Shown: positions 44,001 through 54,830, counted from the whole stretch's first letter. The stretch: 63,580 bases of DNA, filler included, from 12 parts of 12 records of this genome joined end to end with filler, not necessarily neighbours in it, one strand, 5' to 3'. Made by a program: numbers and translations. Notes: a model not told the origin generated them from the letters alone.

Positions 44001-47000
44001 TCACACAGTGATGTCTAATACATGAAGCTCGTTCTTGGTGATTAAAATCTCATCCACGCGTCCTAAATCGGTCATCTTTATAATGTTATCTGTTCCTGTC
44101 AAAGTTTCGAGCTCCTCGAGATCACCTTTTGTGCCGCTCTCGGCCTCGGGCCGCTGCTTTGCTAAGCCACGGCGCCTGCTCACCTCGTGGCTGATCTTGA
44201 CTACCAGCCTCACAATAAACACTGCCTTGCGCCAGAGCCAGCGGCGGCGGGCGGCCAGGTAGTGCTCCAGGTTAGACTCATAAGACTGCATCGAGTGCGC
44301 TCCTGGATTAAAGTCGTTATCGTCCTCCATCGCCGAAGGGCAGCCTATCAGCGTTCCACCGGATTTAAACACACACAACTCTCCGCCATGCACGTATCTC
44401 CGCCGGCCGCAGTAACACAGTGGCAGCCCACTGTCGAGGTCGACACCAAGCAAGCCAGGCACGGTGGTGACCGGATCGCCTTCATTGACCAACCGCCAGT
44501 AGTTCGGAAACATCCCATTCACGAGCTCTACAAACGCCCCGTTGCCAACCCTGGGCTGCCCGAATGTGACAACTCGGACATTGTGAGAACGGGTCCATGG
44601 CCTCGCTCGACATTCCATGTAAGTCAGAGCCGTTTTGACCGCCGCGAGCACTGCTAGCGCCCCGCCAAGCGAGTGCCCTGTGAACACCACATGCCCGCCA
44701 CCCGACAGATGCTTCTCGAAATAATGTTGCGTGTGCTCGCCGCCGGTGCTTCCGTCCTCGAATCCTTGGAACATTGCGTTCAGCATCGTGTCAAACCCTC
44801 GATGAACCCGCAACACCCGGCCTCTGGTGAGCAACCCATCCGCCTCCAGAATCGCAGCTGCATGCGGGAATTGCTCCCATATCGGGAATTCGATTTGGAT
44901 CGAATCTAAATCGGACAGTGCGTTCGACAGCGAGGCAGTCCCTCGGAAGACAAGCCACACAAGGCCAGCATTGGCCTGGAGCTCCTCATCCACCCGCCGC
45001 ACCATCGTCTCCACTCTCTCGGCTAGCCCCAACCGACCACTCGTCCTGAGCTGACCAGCCAGTGCCTCGATCGACACAGCCACCCCCTGCACCATCTGAT
45101 GGAAATCTGGCCGGGACGGGTCGGGCTTATCGCGAGAGCCACTCTGGTAATCGCTCGACTTGAGGCTCTGGAGCTCTTGGAGCGTATGCACAATCGCACT
45201 CATCAGTCCGCTCTCTATTTCGGCGCCCTGCTTTATGATCTCCATATGAATGGCTTTGGCGATCCCTTTGAGCTCTGTAATTGGAAAGTACTCCTGCGTG
45301 ACCACCCCGAAGCTGCCCTCGGCAGCCTGCATGAAACTGCGCATCTTGGACCGACGGAGCCTGTTGATTTTGCTCTTCGGGTCTCTGCAATCGAGCATCG
45401 TCACTTTTCCCTGCTGGTGCCACTCGGCGCGCAGCTTCCGCGGGCTAAGGGGTGTCTCGAGCAGCTCGTGGTACTCTGCGTTGGTCACAAAGTTGTCGTA
45501 AATGTGGTTGCAGAGCCTCGCAGCCCCTCTGAGCAAAACCGGGTCGAACGGCACGCGCAGCGTGTCAGTCGGGCTGCAAGCCTGGGCCTTATATCCGTTG
45601 TCGACGTGTGCGGTGCTAATGCGGTATTGGTCCACTCTGCTGCGCACGGGGAAGTGGACGGAGTAGCTCGAGTAGTGGACGTCTTTAATTCGAAGCGATC
45701 GGCTGCTCCGCTCTCTCACAGGAGCCAAATCCTGCACCACTCAATCAGGGGGGTAGCCAACTGGGGGGTGACCTGCACTTGGCCCTCGGACAGTACTGGT
45801 GTGGCTACACTGAGCATCATGCACGCGAACAACTGCATGAGCAGTGTGGGTGCCATCTGGGCCCAAACATTATCGTTTGCAAAGAATTTGAGCGCAGGAA
45901 ACCACTCCGAGTGCCACAGCAAGATGTAGTTAATCAAGCCAGCCAGCACGCCGACCCAGAAACAGTCCTGTGCAATCCGCCAGTAGAATCTCTTAAACAC
46001 GTTAATATCTCGCCTGAACACGTACTCCTGGTCAGCCTGCGGGTGTTTCTGCCAGCTCAACTCGATCTGAGTGCGGAGCCTGAGCCCATAGAGCAAGCCC
46101 AGGCAGTAAATCCAGCCGTATATAGTGTACAGCCCCATCCGCTCCAGGTACTCGAACCCCTGAGCTTTGCCCAGCGCAGACAGCGTGTACGCGCTTTCCC
46201 AGAGTCGCGAGCCAAATGTAAACCAGACCACCAGCTCCAGAGCCAGGTGTAAAACCGGCCAGATTAAAGTAAACAGGCGCAGCTTAATGCTGGTGAATAG
46301 CGGTATGGCTGGTCCGGGCCGCGAGGAGAACTCGAACGGAATGTTGAGAACGACGACAACAGCGAGCTGGAAGCTACACAGCTGGATTACCTGAGCGCAT
46401 GACTTGGCTATCCAGTTTGTTAGCATCGGGCAAAACATGTGGACCAGCCCGTTGAGGATTACTAGCTGCACTATCGTCCGTACATGCTTGTGCAGCCGTC
46501 GGAGCGGCTCAGTATGTCTCTGGCCGTGAATGTACTTGTGAACGAGCAGCACTACTGACTTTTTGAGATACATGACTATGGTGAGAGTGTTGGTGAGGCT
46601 GAGCACGATCAAAAAGGCGTAGCTGTTCCACATGGCGAAGTGCTCGCAGTGCAGACCAAGGTATTTGACCTCATTCAAGGAGATCATATCGTACATCGTG
46701 ATGTTGACTGCGGCTTGATAGTGATTGTACGAATTCCAACGGAACAGCAGCCGCCTGCCAATAAAGTAGTCGGACGGCGTGGTGAGACGCTCTGCGCTGC
46801 CGCTGGTCCTATCCCCTTGAAACAGCACCGTGTCTAGCCGACGGATATGCTTATTGAATCCATAGGAGATGTGCGCTTGGCCGTCGTCCTGAGGGCAGGA
46901 CAGCGCGTCATCGCACTTAATTATGCACCGGTGCAGGTCGGCAAACCCGAGCGGGCTGTCTTTTCCGCTGAAATGCGCGTGAAGGTGGTCCACTGGATCC

Positions 47001-47395
47001 CAAAACGCCCAGCGATAAACGTAGAACGCCCAGCCCGGGTCGCCACACATGATCCCATCCGCATCCGGAATGCAGTAACGGCCGGGGGTCGGTGTGGGGG
47101 CCACTTCGGCCACGTTGGCCCAGTCCTCGAAGTACTGGGTCACTGGGTAAACCTCCTTGGTCTTACCGGTGAAGCCGCCCAGGATGACTAGCCCGCTGAT
47201 CAGCAGCACCACTGCCATCTCCAGAGCCACCAGCAGCGCCCCGTCGCTGCCACTCATCCTCATGATCCACAGGTTCGGCCCGTTGAAGCTTACGTCGATC
47301 CGCGCCTCCGCCTCCTCCCCCAGCGCCCCGGGGGCCTCGGCTTCCTCGGCTTCCATGCTGGGCGCTGGTGCAGGTGCACCACGCCGGATCGCCAT
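44001..47395 (-). CDS. Multi-pass membrane class-3 lipase
   Basis: Hydrophobic N-terminal half joined by a 41-nt GT-AG intron (near 45732-45772) to the lipase domain: LVFRGT, RVHRGF, VVFTGHSLGGALA, VTFGQPRVGN, NEGDPVTTVP and HSMQSY. Confidence 0.88.
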
Positions 47396-47472
47396 AACGG
47401 AATCTTGGCCCGTCACCTCTGCACTCCCCACGCGTGCGTCAAGCTCGCGCTTGCTCTGGGGGAGCAAGCGCG

Positions 47473-48606
47473 ATGGCGCCGTGCTCCTCGGCGTGCGCCT
47501 GCGGCTGCGCGTTTACGGCCTGTCAGCTCACCTCGTACATAGCCCTGATCACGTACGCACCCCGACCAAGCCAAGCGCTCCGATAAGCTTCTTGGGGGAC
47601 AGGCTCGGGCTTGCGGCCCTGATAGACGACCGGTCCCTGCAGGTAGGCCGGCCTGCCGCCGAGCTCAAGCCCTGGGCTCTCAGAACGGATATTGCGGGGA
47701 GCATTACCACCTGTACCGGTATCTTGTGGTCTCTACCCTGCTGTATCTGGGTGAGCCGCCGGACCGTCAGCCGCTTAGCCCGGGCTCTCAGGAATCCTGA
47801 TCTCGTTCTTCATGTTCTCGGGAGAAGCCGCCCGCGGGAGAGGTGCGGCCAGTAAGCGCTTGGGCGAGCCGGGTTAGCGTTGGGATTGATGATCATCCAA
47901 GGCGCATTGATGGTCTGGGGCGTGCTCAGCGCAAGGCATCAGCTCGGGTCGAGCTCGCTGACGGGCGGGGCCAGCAACATGGGGAGCTCTTGCCGGCAGA
48001 CCATCTCGACCCGCTACCCGCTTAGCTGGGTGGCTGGTTGGTGGCTAGTATCGGCGTCCGAGCCGGTTTGTTCAGGGAGTCGGGTGTACGTTCATCGTCT
48101 CTCACGGAGTGTGCGCGGTGTGCTACTTGCTGCACGAAGTCGTCTGGGCCAGGCACCCCGCCGGCGGCCGACTGGTGCCACGGGCCGTCAGGTGCCACTA
48201 CACCGACTTGACTGTAGGCTCTACAGAAGCCCCAGCCATCAAACGGTGAGGTCTCTTCAAATTGAACATTTATAGCCCCTGCGCAGGCTGCCAATGAGGC
48301 CGCCAAGCCAAGAGAATATAGCGGTGTATCGAGTCAACCCCAAGTCTAAGAGCAAGAGCGCGCTCCGACCAGTGGCCCGCCCGGGCCGGGGCTGGACTGA
48401 GCACGCTTTCAGGCACCCAAGGCTGCGCTATCTGCGTCCCTCCAAAGCGAGTACGACAAGGTGCAGCCCTGGCGGCGGACGGTTCAGCTGTGTGCGCGTA
48501 GGTGGTTGCCGGGGTGCCTGCGTTTCGTCCGGATCCCCCGGGAGTCGGGGGGTTGACCGATCAAGAGGAGTTGGAAGACTTCTTGGGTGGCAAGGCCGAG
48601 CCGTGA
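47473..48606 (+). CDS. Small multi-TM membrane protein built from many micro-exons (3' end uncertain)
   Basis: Splicing of ~35-50-nt introns (e.g. 47643-47683, 47751-47791) gives MAPCSSACACGCAFTACQLTSYIALITLGLAALIDDRSLQNGYCGEHYHLYRYLVVSTLLYLGILISFFMFSGEAARGRALGLMIIQGALMVWGVL... The ORF track does not show it as one ORF. Confidence 0.6.
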
Positions 48607-48833
48607 GACGCATGGCCGAGTTGGATGCTTCATCTGTGAACTAGGGCAGCTGTGGCCAGTGTTCTCAGCTGTAGCTCAGCTGTAGCTGTGACAATTATAG
48701 TGAGCCGTGGCATTTATTTCGGACCACGGTCGTACGAATAGAATTTGAACATTACTCGTATTATTACAAATTTTCTAACTAAATGACCGGGTGGGGCTTC
48801 GAGTGGAGCTATAGTCGCACGACAGCTGCTTGA

Positions 48834-49255
48834 TCATGCACCGTCGCGCTGTACGAGCTCACCAAACGAGCCGATCCCATACCGCCGGCGGTGTTGTGGC
48901 TTGCGCATCAGCGCCTGGGCAAACGCGGTATCCGGGGTCGAGCTCACCACCGCCGGCTCTTGGCGGTCTGAGTCTCCCTCATTCTCGTGAACGACTGGCG
49001 CCACCTGGGCCAGCTCTTCTTCCCTGGCGCGGACGCATTGTTTGGCGTAGCCGCCCGGGCCGCCCGTTGAGCGTAGCGTTCCGAACGGGGCGTACGGCAG
49101 CATCTTGCACCTGAGCGGCGGTCAGGCTGGGCACTGGTCGACTCAACTTACTTGTTGCTCTTGCACTCGGCGTTGGCCCAGCACAGGACTCCGCCCTTCT
49201 TGAGCGAACGGCGCCGGCGGCTCTTGCCCATGAGCGTCTGTGTGAGCTCGGAGTC
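48834..49255 (-). CDS. 3' fragment of Cys-containing protein with polybasic sites (cut by spacer)
   Basis: Spliced ...LMGKSRRRRSLKKGGVLCWANAECKSNK|CKMLP...KQCV...LMRKPQHRRRYG...*, with a GTAAGT donor and CTGAC branch. Confidence 0.5.
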
Positions 49256-49355
49256 NNNNNNNNNNNNNNNNNNNNNNNNNNNNNNNNNNNNNNNNNNNNT
49301 TAATTAATTAANNNNNNNNNNNNNNNNNNNNNNNNNNNNNNNNNNNNNNNNNNNN

Positions 49356-51038
49356 GCACTCATGGTGTCGATTCAAGGCGGTGTGCAGTTTGGCTTAAGC
49401 GATGCAGTGCAATCGGAGGGTGGAGATGCGACCATGAGTTCATTTAGCTGGACGACAGGCCGCGTCAAGCCGCCTTGGAGTGCAGCATCTGGTCGGAGGA
49501 AAATAACAGATTCAGAGAGAGAACTTTTGTTCCAAGGCGTGTGCTTCATTTTTATCGGTGTGATGGTTCCAGTAGCTGCGGCCCACTGGCTGGCGACCAA
49601 GCTCGCGGCATGCACTCGAGTCCCGATGGTGCTGCACTTTCCTGTGCTCGAGTCTGTGCTGTTCCTCGCCTGGTTTTGTGGCCTCACCGTTGGGATTTGC
49701 CCGATGCTTGATTGGAATACTAGCGTAAGCCGAGCTTACATCTACGCAGCATACTCGCTGTACTTCGGGCTACTCCCTGTCTTGATTGGACTGTGGGTAT
49801 GGATTCGTTGGGAAAGCTTCACTGAGCTTAGATTTGAGCTATTTGCCCAAGTCAAGACAGGCATATTCGCGGCCACAGGCTGCTGGGTGGCGGTTACCCG
49901 AGAGGACAGGCTCTGCAGAAGCTTCATAGAATGGCAGGCGGACGCAGCTGATTGGTGGCTCGAAGCGGTCAACTGCGCAAACGAATCGCCCGACTCTGCT
50001 GATTGGGTGAACGACTCCGATCTGCAATCAAAGGACGATTCCTACACGCAGGATTCCTGCCCGGCCCGGCTGCGCAGCCTCGGCGAGTTGATTCACATGG
50101 AATTCGCGCTTCGACATGCGATTGAGAAAGATGTACAGGAGCATCTGAAGGGCCTCGCAGCGCACATTAAAGATTCTCGAGCCTTTGCACCAATTCAGAA
50201 GAAGATGCTGATTAAGATGTCGGTCATTGCACTCAATTGCGAGGATCTGAATCGACAGCGGCGGCGGGTGCAGCGGTATGTGCTTGCTCTCGGAGACTCG
50301 TTTGAACGATACCTACCCAGGGGGAGACATTACGAGATACTCATGATTACTTACGTCTGGGTGTACGGACTTGCGACAGGCTGTCTCCAGTCGCGACCAC
50401 ATGTGCAGATGGTGACTTATATGGTGCTGGATTCTGCGAATCTTCTCATCGCGGTCGTATTGCAACCATTCAATAGAAAAATTGAGTATTGGTTCGAAGT
50501 GGCAGCTCTCACCGCTCGATGTCTCGCCACTCTGGTGATACTGTTTCCTTTCTTTGATGTCAATCTTCAATTGAATACCGAGACTACGAGCAACATTCTG
50601 CTATTAAGCATGATCGGGTGCCGAGGGCTTTCGCTAATAGTGCGATCAATTGTGTCCGTAGCGTTTGCCTGCAGGACCAGAACCCACTCAGGCCGAATGC
50701 CTCGAGAAAATTACTGGGAATGCCGCCGACCAGGGCCAGAACTTAGCTGGCGATTGTTGCGGGTTAAGGTCATGATTTTGCTGCTCAGCAGGGGGGACAT
50801 CCAGTTGGAGGACGATCTGTGTAAAGAACTATTCCTGGACTCGGATGACGACTGGTGGACATCATCCGAAAACGAGGATGAGTTGAGGGACGATTCAGAC
50901 GATGAATCGCAACCATTCAATGGAAAAATTGAGTACGGGTACGAAGTGGCAGCTCTCAGCGACTCTTTTTGTAGCAAAAGAAGGAATGATCATGAATTTC
51001 GTCGCCGCAAGCTTAGGATATCGATGCCTGATAAATAA
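49356..51038 (+). CDS. Multi-TM protein, TRP/flavin-carrier-like C-terminal membrane domain (5' truncated)
   Basis: About 7 hydrophobic helices, including QMVTYMVL...VVLQPFNRKIEYWFEV, and an acidic tail. Confidence 0.5.
   Translation, partial: ALMVSIQGGVQFGLSDAVQSEGGDATMSSFSWTTGRVKPPWSAASGRRKITDSERELLFQGVCFIFIGVMVPVAAAHWLATKLAACTRVPMVLHFPVLESVLFLAWFCGLTVGICPMLDWNTSVSRAYIYAAYSLYFGLLPVLIGLWVWIRWESFTELRFELFAQVKTGIFAATGCWVAVTREDRLCRSFIEWQADAADWWLEAVNCANESPDSADWVNDSDLQSKDDSYTQDSCPARLRSLGELIHMEFALRHAIEKDVQEHLKGLAAHIKDSRAFAPIQKKMLIKMSVIALNCEDLNRQRRRVQRYVLALGDSFERYLPRGRHYEILMITYVWVYGLATGCLQSRPHVQMVTYMVLDSANLLIAVVLQPFNRKIEYWFEVAALTARCLATLVILFPFFDVNLQLNTETTSNILLLSMIGCRGLSLIVRSIVSVAFACRTRTHSGRMPRENYWECRRPGPELSWRLLRVKVMILLLSRGDIQLEDDLCKELFLDSDDDWWTSSENEDELRDDSDDESQPFNGKIEYGYEVAALSDSFCSKRRNDHEFRRRKLRISMPDK
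50462..50958 (+). repeat. 50-bp dispersed direct repeat (50462-50511 and 50909-50958), 4 mismatches
   Basis: GCAACCATTCAAT(A/G)GAAAAATTGAGTA(TT/CG)GGT(T/A)CGAAGTGGCAGCTCTCA, encoding QPFNRKIEYWFEVAAL and QPFNGKIEYGYEVAAL. Confidence 0.9.
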
Positions 51039-51076
51039 AATCATTCAGCTACATATTACATATGGTAACAGTGTGG

Positions 51077-52474
51077 TCACAACGATTCGAACGGCAAAGT
51101 GGCTTCCCAAGTCGAGCAATCAAGCACAGCCTTCCCTCTAGTCCACTCCCGCGCAAACACCCCGTTGCTCTCCTCCGTGCAAGCTCCTACTGGCCGGCCC
51201 GGCTGCAGCAGAAATATCGGATCCCACTGGGCGTCTTGGGCCGGCCACCCGAACCCAATGAATCCGACCGGCGGCCGAACGATAAGAAAGGCCGCGACCG
51301 TTTGGTTGAGCACAACTCGGTGTGAGCCCGGCTCAGGCTGCGCGTGCAGCATCATCGACCGGCGCTGCATCTGCGGGTCGCACTGCCGGCGCATGAACGC
51401 CAGGCAGCTGGTCGGCCCGATCTGAGCAGAGGACGCGTACCAGCCCAGCTGTTGGAAGCTGTACGTGTGAGCACTGATCATCCGAGCTAGTAGCTGCTGG
51501 TAAGTCGCCACAGCCGCTGCTTGATACTCGACTAGCCCACGGATGCTCAGCTGCAGGTCCGCCACAGCATGCGGCTTCTCCAACGGCAGCCCGAACGGCC
51601 CGTCGTCCAGGTAGCTTCCGTCGACCGCCGGGTCTGCCATCACCTCACTGATCGAGTCGACTACATATTGTGCCGCCTGTGGGACGGTATAATTCCAGTA
51701 ATATTGGTCCCCAGCTGCGATGTTAGTGCTATAAAGGCTGCCGTTGGGCCAGTGCAGGAACCAGCTCCTCTTGGCAGGGTCCCGCATCGCCACCTTCTGC
51801 AGTTCAATCCATTCCAGCGCTAGTTCAAAATTATGGTACACAAAGCAGCGCTGGGCCCTCCCGGAGCCCCGCAGCGCTCTGCACTGGGCCACCCAGTCAG
51901 CCATGCATCGCTTGCTCCCGCGCGCACCAGAGCAGCCGCTCCCGCCCAGGGTGACCAGCCCCCACGGCCGGCCTGGGTTGAACGGGCCGCTGCCGCCGGG
52001 CATGATTGCGGTCGATTCAGTCAGGTTCCAGTTGGCCGGCCAGTCCGGTGGCTGGAAGTCCGGCTGGTCTGGGTCGAGCGAGGCAAACGGCCAAGCCGGC
52101 CAGGCCGGCTGCGGGGCCGGGCAGAATGGGTACCGGCACCACTCCTGGCCGCCAACTTGGATCCGGCTGCAGTCGGGGGCTCCCACGGCGTGCGGGGACC
52201 GGCTGACTTTGAAAGGGACCTGCGCTTGATGCTCGTACATCAGCAGCCAACCGGCGTGGTCCCAGCCGGTCTCGCTGGCCGGATCTGACCGGCCCTCGGA
52301 GAAAGCGCCCTGGTACTTGCTGGCCCGCCACGAGAGGTAGTTGTAGGCCGGCGGCTGCAGGATCTGCACCCGGCCACCCCGCCCGTCGCTCCAGTTGCCC
52401 GCCAGAGCGCAGCGCGAGTCCTGCCCGGCCGCCCAGCCCGCGGCGCACACGCACACCAGCCCCCGGAAGCGCAT
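51077..52474 (-). CDS. Secreted putative glycoside hydrolase (GHL15-like TIM barrel), intronless
   Basis: Signal peptide, FVYHNFELAL, WFLH, QYYWNYTVPQAAQY, VDGSYLDD, AAFLIVR, PGRPVG.C.E...GVFAREWTRGKAVLDC. Confidence 0.6.
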   Translation of the reverse strand: MRFRGLVCVCAAGWAAGQDSRCALAGNWSDGRGGRVQILQPPAYNYLSWRASKYQGAFSEGRSDPASETGWDHAGWLLMYEHQAQVPFKVSRSPHAVGAPDCSRIQVGGQEWCRYPFCPAPQPAWPAWPFASLDPDQPDFQPPDWPANWNLTESTAIMPGGSGPFNPGRPWGLVTLGGSGCSGARGSKRCMADWVAQCRALRGSGRAQRCFVYHNFELALEWIELQKVAMRDPAKRSWFLHWPNGSLYSTNIAAGDQYYWNYTVPQAAQYVVDSISEVMADPAVDGSYLDDGPFGLPLEKPHAVADLQLSIRGLVEYQAAAVATYQQLLARMISAHTYSFQQLGWYASSAQIGPTSCLAFMRRQCDPQMQRRSMMLHAQPEPGSHRVVLNQTVAAFLIVRPPVGFIGFGWPAQDAQWDPIFLLQPGRPVGACTEESNGVFAREWTRGKAVLDCSTWEATLPFESL

Positions 52475-52666
52475 GTCCCAGGCGACTGGGGTATACTTTT
52501 AATTTGTAAATACCCGTTACGATCTACCGGGTACAGGCTAACGGCACCGTAATAACACTGAGGACACCGACCACGCTACTAGGATACATCCCTGTATCAC
52601 TACTGCCTCTTAACAGTACCCGTAAGCTTACATTTATATCCGAATTCCGGAACCGATCTAATAATG

Positions 52667-52997
52667 CTACTCTGACATTGATATTCGTACATTCGCTTGA
52701 GATGGGCTAAGTTGGGTCAGAGCCGGACCGCCAAGTGCCGCACATGCGCATCCAGCGCTATGGTCAGCGACGCCATGAAGCTCCTCCTCCTGGCTCGCCA
52801 TATGAAGCAGCGTGGAGCCCTCCTGGCTTGCCTGGTCCACGCTAGCCTTAGCCTCCAGCAGTGATCTCACTACCTCCGTGTGGCCCTCCTGGCTCGCCAC
52901 GAAAAGTGGCGTGACCCCCTCCTGGGTTGCTTGATCCACAGCAGCCTTCGCCCCCAGCATCAACTCTGCCACCTCCGTGCGACCGTTCAGGCTCGCC
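52667..52997 (-). CDS. Ankyrin-repeat protein, 3' fragment
   Basis: GVTPLFVASQEGHTEVVRSLLEAKASVDQ with flanking partial repeats. Confidence 0.8.
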
Positions 52998-53097
52998 NNN
53001 NNNNNNNNNNNNNNNNNNNNNNNNNNNNNNNNNNNNNNNNNTTAATTAATTAANNNNNNNNNNNNNNNNNNNNNNNNNNNNNNNNNNNNNNNNNNNN

Positions 53098-53439
53098 GGC
53101 GACTGGCTCTGCCCTAAGGTAGACTGCGGCAACTGGAATTGGGCAAAGCGCAGCGAGTGCAACCGGTGCTTCACCGCTAACCCTCGCAGGGCCCCCAGCA
53201 GGCCCGCTACGCACGCCGACAAGTTCCAGGACCGGGCGTGCGGGCTGGACACGGGGCGGAGGTATGCGACGGGCGGCGGGGGTTCACGGGCCGGGAGCGG
53301 GGGCGGGTATAGAGAGGTAGATCCGGAGGAGGAGAGGGCCCGCAAGCGGCGTAAGGAAGAGCGGGAAGAAGAGGCTGAGAAGCGGAAGGCCACCAGGGAA
53401 CGGTGCAAGTACTGCAAGCGATACACCTGTGTGTGCTGA
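53098..53439 (+). CDS. RanBP2-type zinc-finger RNA-binding protein, 3' fragment
   Basis: GDWLCPKVDCGNWNWAKRSECNRC, a charged R/E/K helix and terminal CKYCKRYTCVC*. Confidence 0.75.
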   Translation, partial: GDWLCPKVDCGNWNWAKRSECNRCFTANPRRAPSRPATHADKFQDRACGLDTGRRYATGGGGSRAGSGGGYREVDPEEERARKRRKEEREEEAEKRKATRERCKYCKRYTCVC

Positions 53440-53664
53440 CAGAGGTCGTCTATATACAGTCTCCACTAATAAGATCTACGAATAGTCACACACATTGTCA
53501 GTCCGGGTTGACACCTGAGAATGTATCAAAATCAGAGATTTAATTGCAATAATCGCTGGCCGCGCCATGTAGGCGGATCAAAACGAGCATTAAGTACCCG
53601 CGGGTCACGCCCATGGAGGGCTCTGGACCTTGCTACTGGTACGTACTTACGCAGTAGAAGCGTA

Positions 53665-54624
53665 CTAATTGACCGTGAAGCTTTTCTCGGCGTGATTTGG
53701 CTCGAACTGGCCCTCAGCCACCCTGTTGGCCCACTCGAGTGTGCTCTTGAACCCACCGAACGGGTAAAAGTGCATCTTGCGGATCATACACTCCGGCTGG
53801 CTGGCCTGGCGCGCTGCGATCCCGTACAAAAGCTGGTCGGGAGCCGCAGTCTGCATCAGCTTGAAAACATTCCCCGTGTACTTTGTGAAGAACCGGAGCG
53901 AATTGCCCACCCCGGACATAGTGCCGTATTTGATCAGGCTGCTGATCTTGGCCGGGCCTGCCACGCCCAGATGCACCGCGGGGAGCGGCGCGCCCTGGCC
54001 TATCCTGTCCTTGATGGCCGCGCGGAGTTGTTCCTCCCAGGCCAGGATGGGCTCTGGCTCGAAGCAGAACTGGGTGGCAAAATACAGCTCAACCCCGGCC
54101 GCCTTGCCCCACTCGGCCTTATCCAGCAACGCCCGGTGGATCTGGTCGGCCGGCACGTCCGGATGTCCCTCCGGATGCGCGGCCACACCCACCCGGCTGA
54201 TCTTGTGCTGCTCGAGCAGCCCGGACTGGAGCACCTGGAGCGCGCAGTCCAGCTGGCCGGTCGGCTGGTCGTAGCTCCCGCCGAGCACCAACACCTCGCT
54301 CACCCCCGCGGCCACCAGCTCCCCGAGGTAAGTATCCACCTCCTGCAGGTCGGCGAATGCCCGGGCTGGCAGGTGGGCGATCGGGTTGTGCCCGGCCCGG
54401 GCCAGCAGCTCGGCCACCTGGATCGTGTCGGCGGTGCTGCTCCCAGGCAGGTAGGTGACGTTGACGGAGGTGCCCGGCCGCAGCGCGGCCACCGGTTCGA
54501 ACGAGCCGAGCTTGCGGGCGGCGGTCGGGGTCACTTCGATCGAGTAGTCCGAGACGCACCGCTGCACCGCGCCGGCCAGCCCGGAGCACCCGCGTGCCCC
54601 GCGAGGTAGCCAGCGACAGGCCAT
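53665..54624 (-). CDS. metF: Methylenetetrahydrofolate reductase, short bacterial (alphaproteobacterial-type) form with putative transit peptide, intronless
   Basis: YSIEVTP, VNVTYLPG, PIAHLPAR, VLVLGG, VGVAAHPEGHP, FATQFCFE, GVAGPAKISSLIKYG..SGVGNS and HFYPFGG. No eukaryotic C-terminal regulatory domain. Confidence 0.88.
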   Translation of the reverse strand: MACRWLPRGARGCSGLAGAVQRCVSDYSIEVTPTAARKLGSFEPVAALRPGTSVNVTYLPGSSTADTIQVAELLARAGHNPIAHLPARAFADLQEVDTYLGELVAAGVSEVLVLGGSYDQPTGQLDCALQVLQSGLLEQHKISRVGVAAHPEGHPDVPADQIHRALLDKAEWGKAAGVELYFATQFCFEPEPILAWEEQLRAAIKDRIGQGAPLPAVHLGVAGPAKISSLIKYGTMSGVGNSLRFFTKYTGNVFKLMQTAAPDQLLYGIAARQASQPECMIRKMHFYPFGGFKSTLEWANRVAEGQFEPNHAEKSFTVN

Positions 54625-54830
54625 GTTGTCCGCGTCCTTCCGAGCCCTGAAGGGTTCGCTCCACAATCTTCACCTTGACCGAGCAAATCTTACATTCGTT
54701 GGCCACGCGTTGGCCACTCACTCTGGCTTTGGCCACTCACTCGTTGAGCGATCTATATATAATTGGCAGCACCCTTATGGTGCAATAAAAGTGACAGCTT
54801 TTAGTGCAATCTTCAGTGCGAGTGCTCGAA

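Noticed and set aside
45716..45780. Frameshift or pseudogene in the lipase
   Set aside because: A 41-nt GT-AG intron joins the two frames cleanly.
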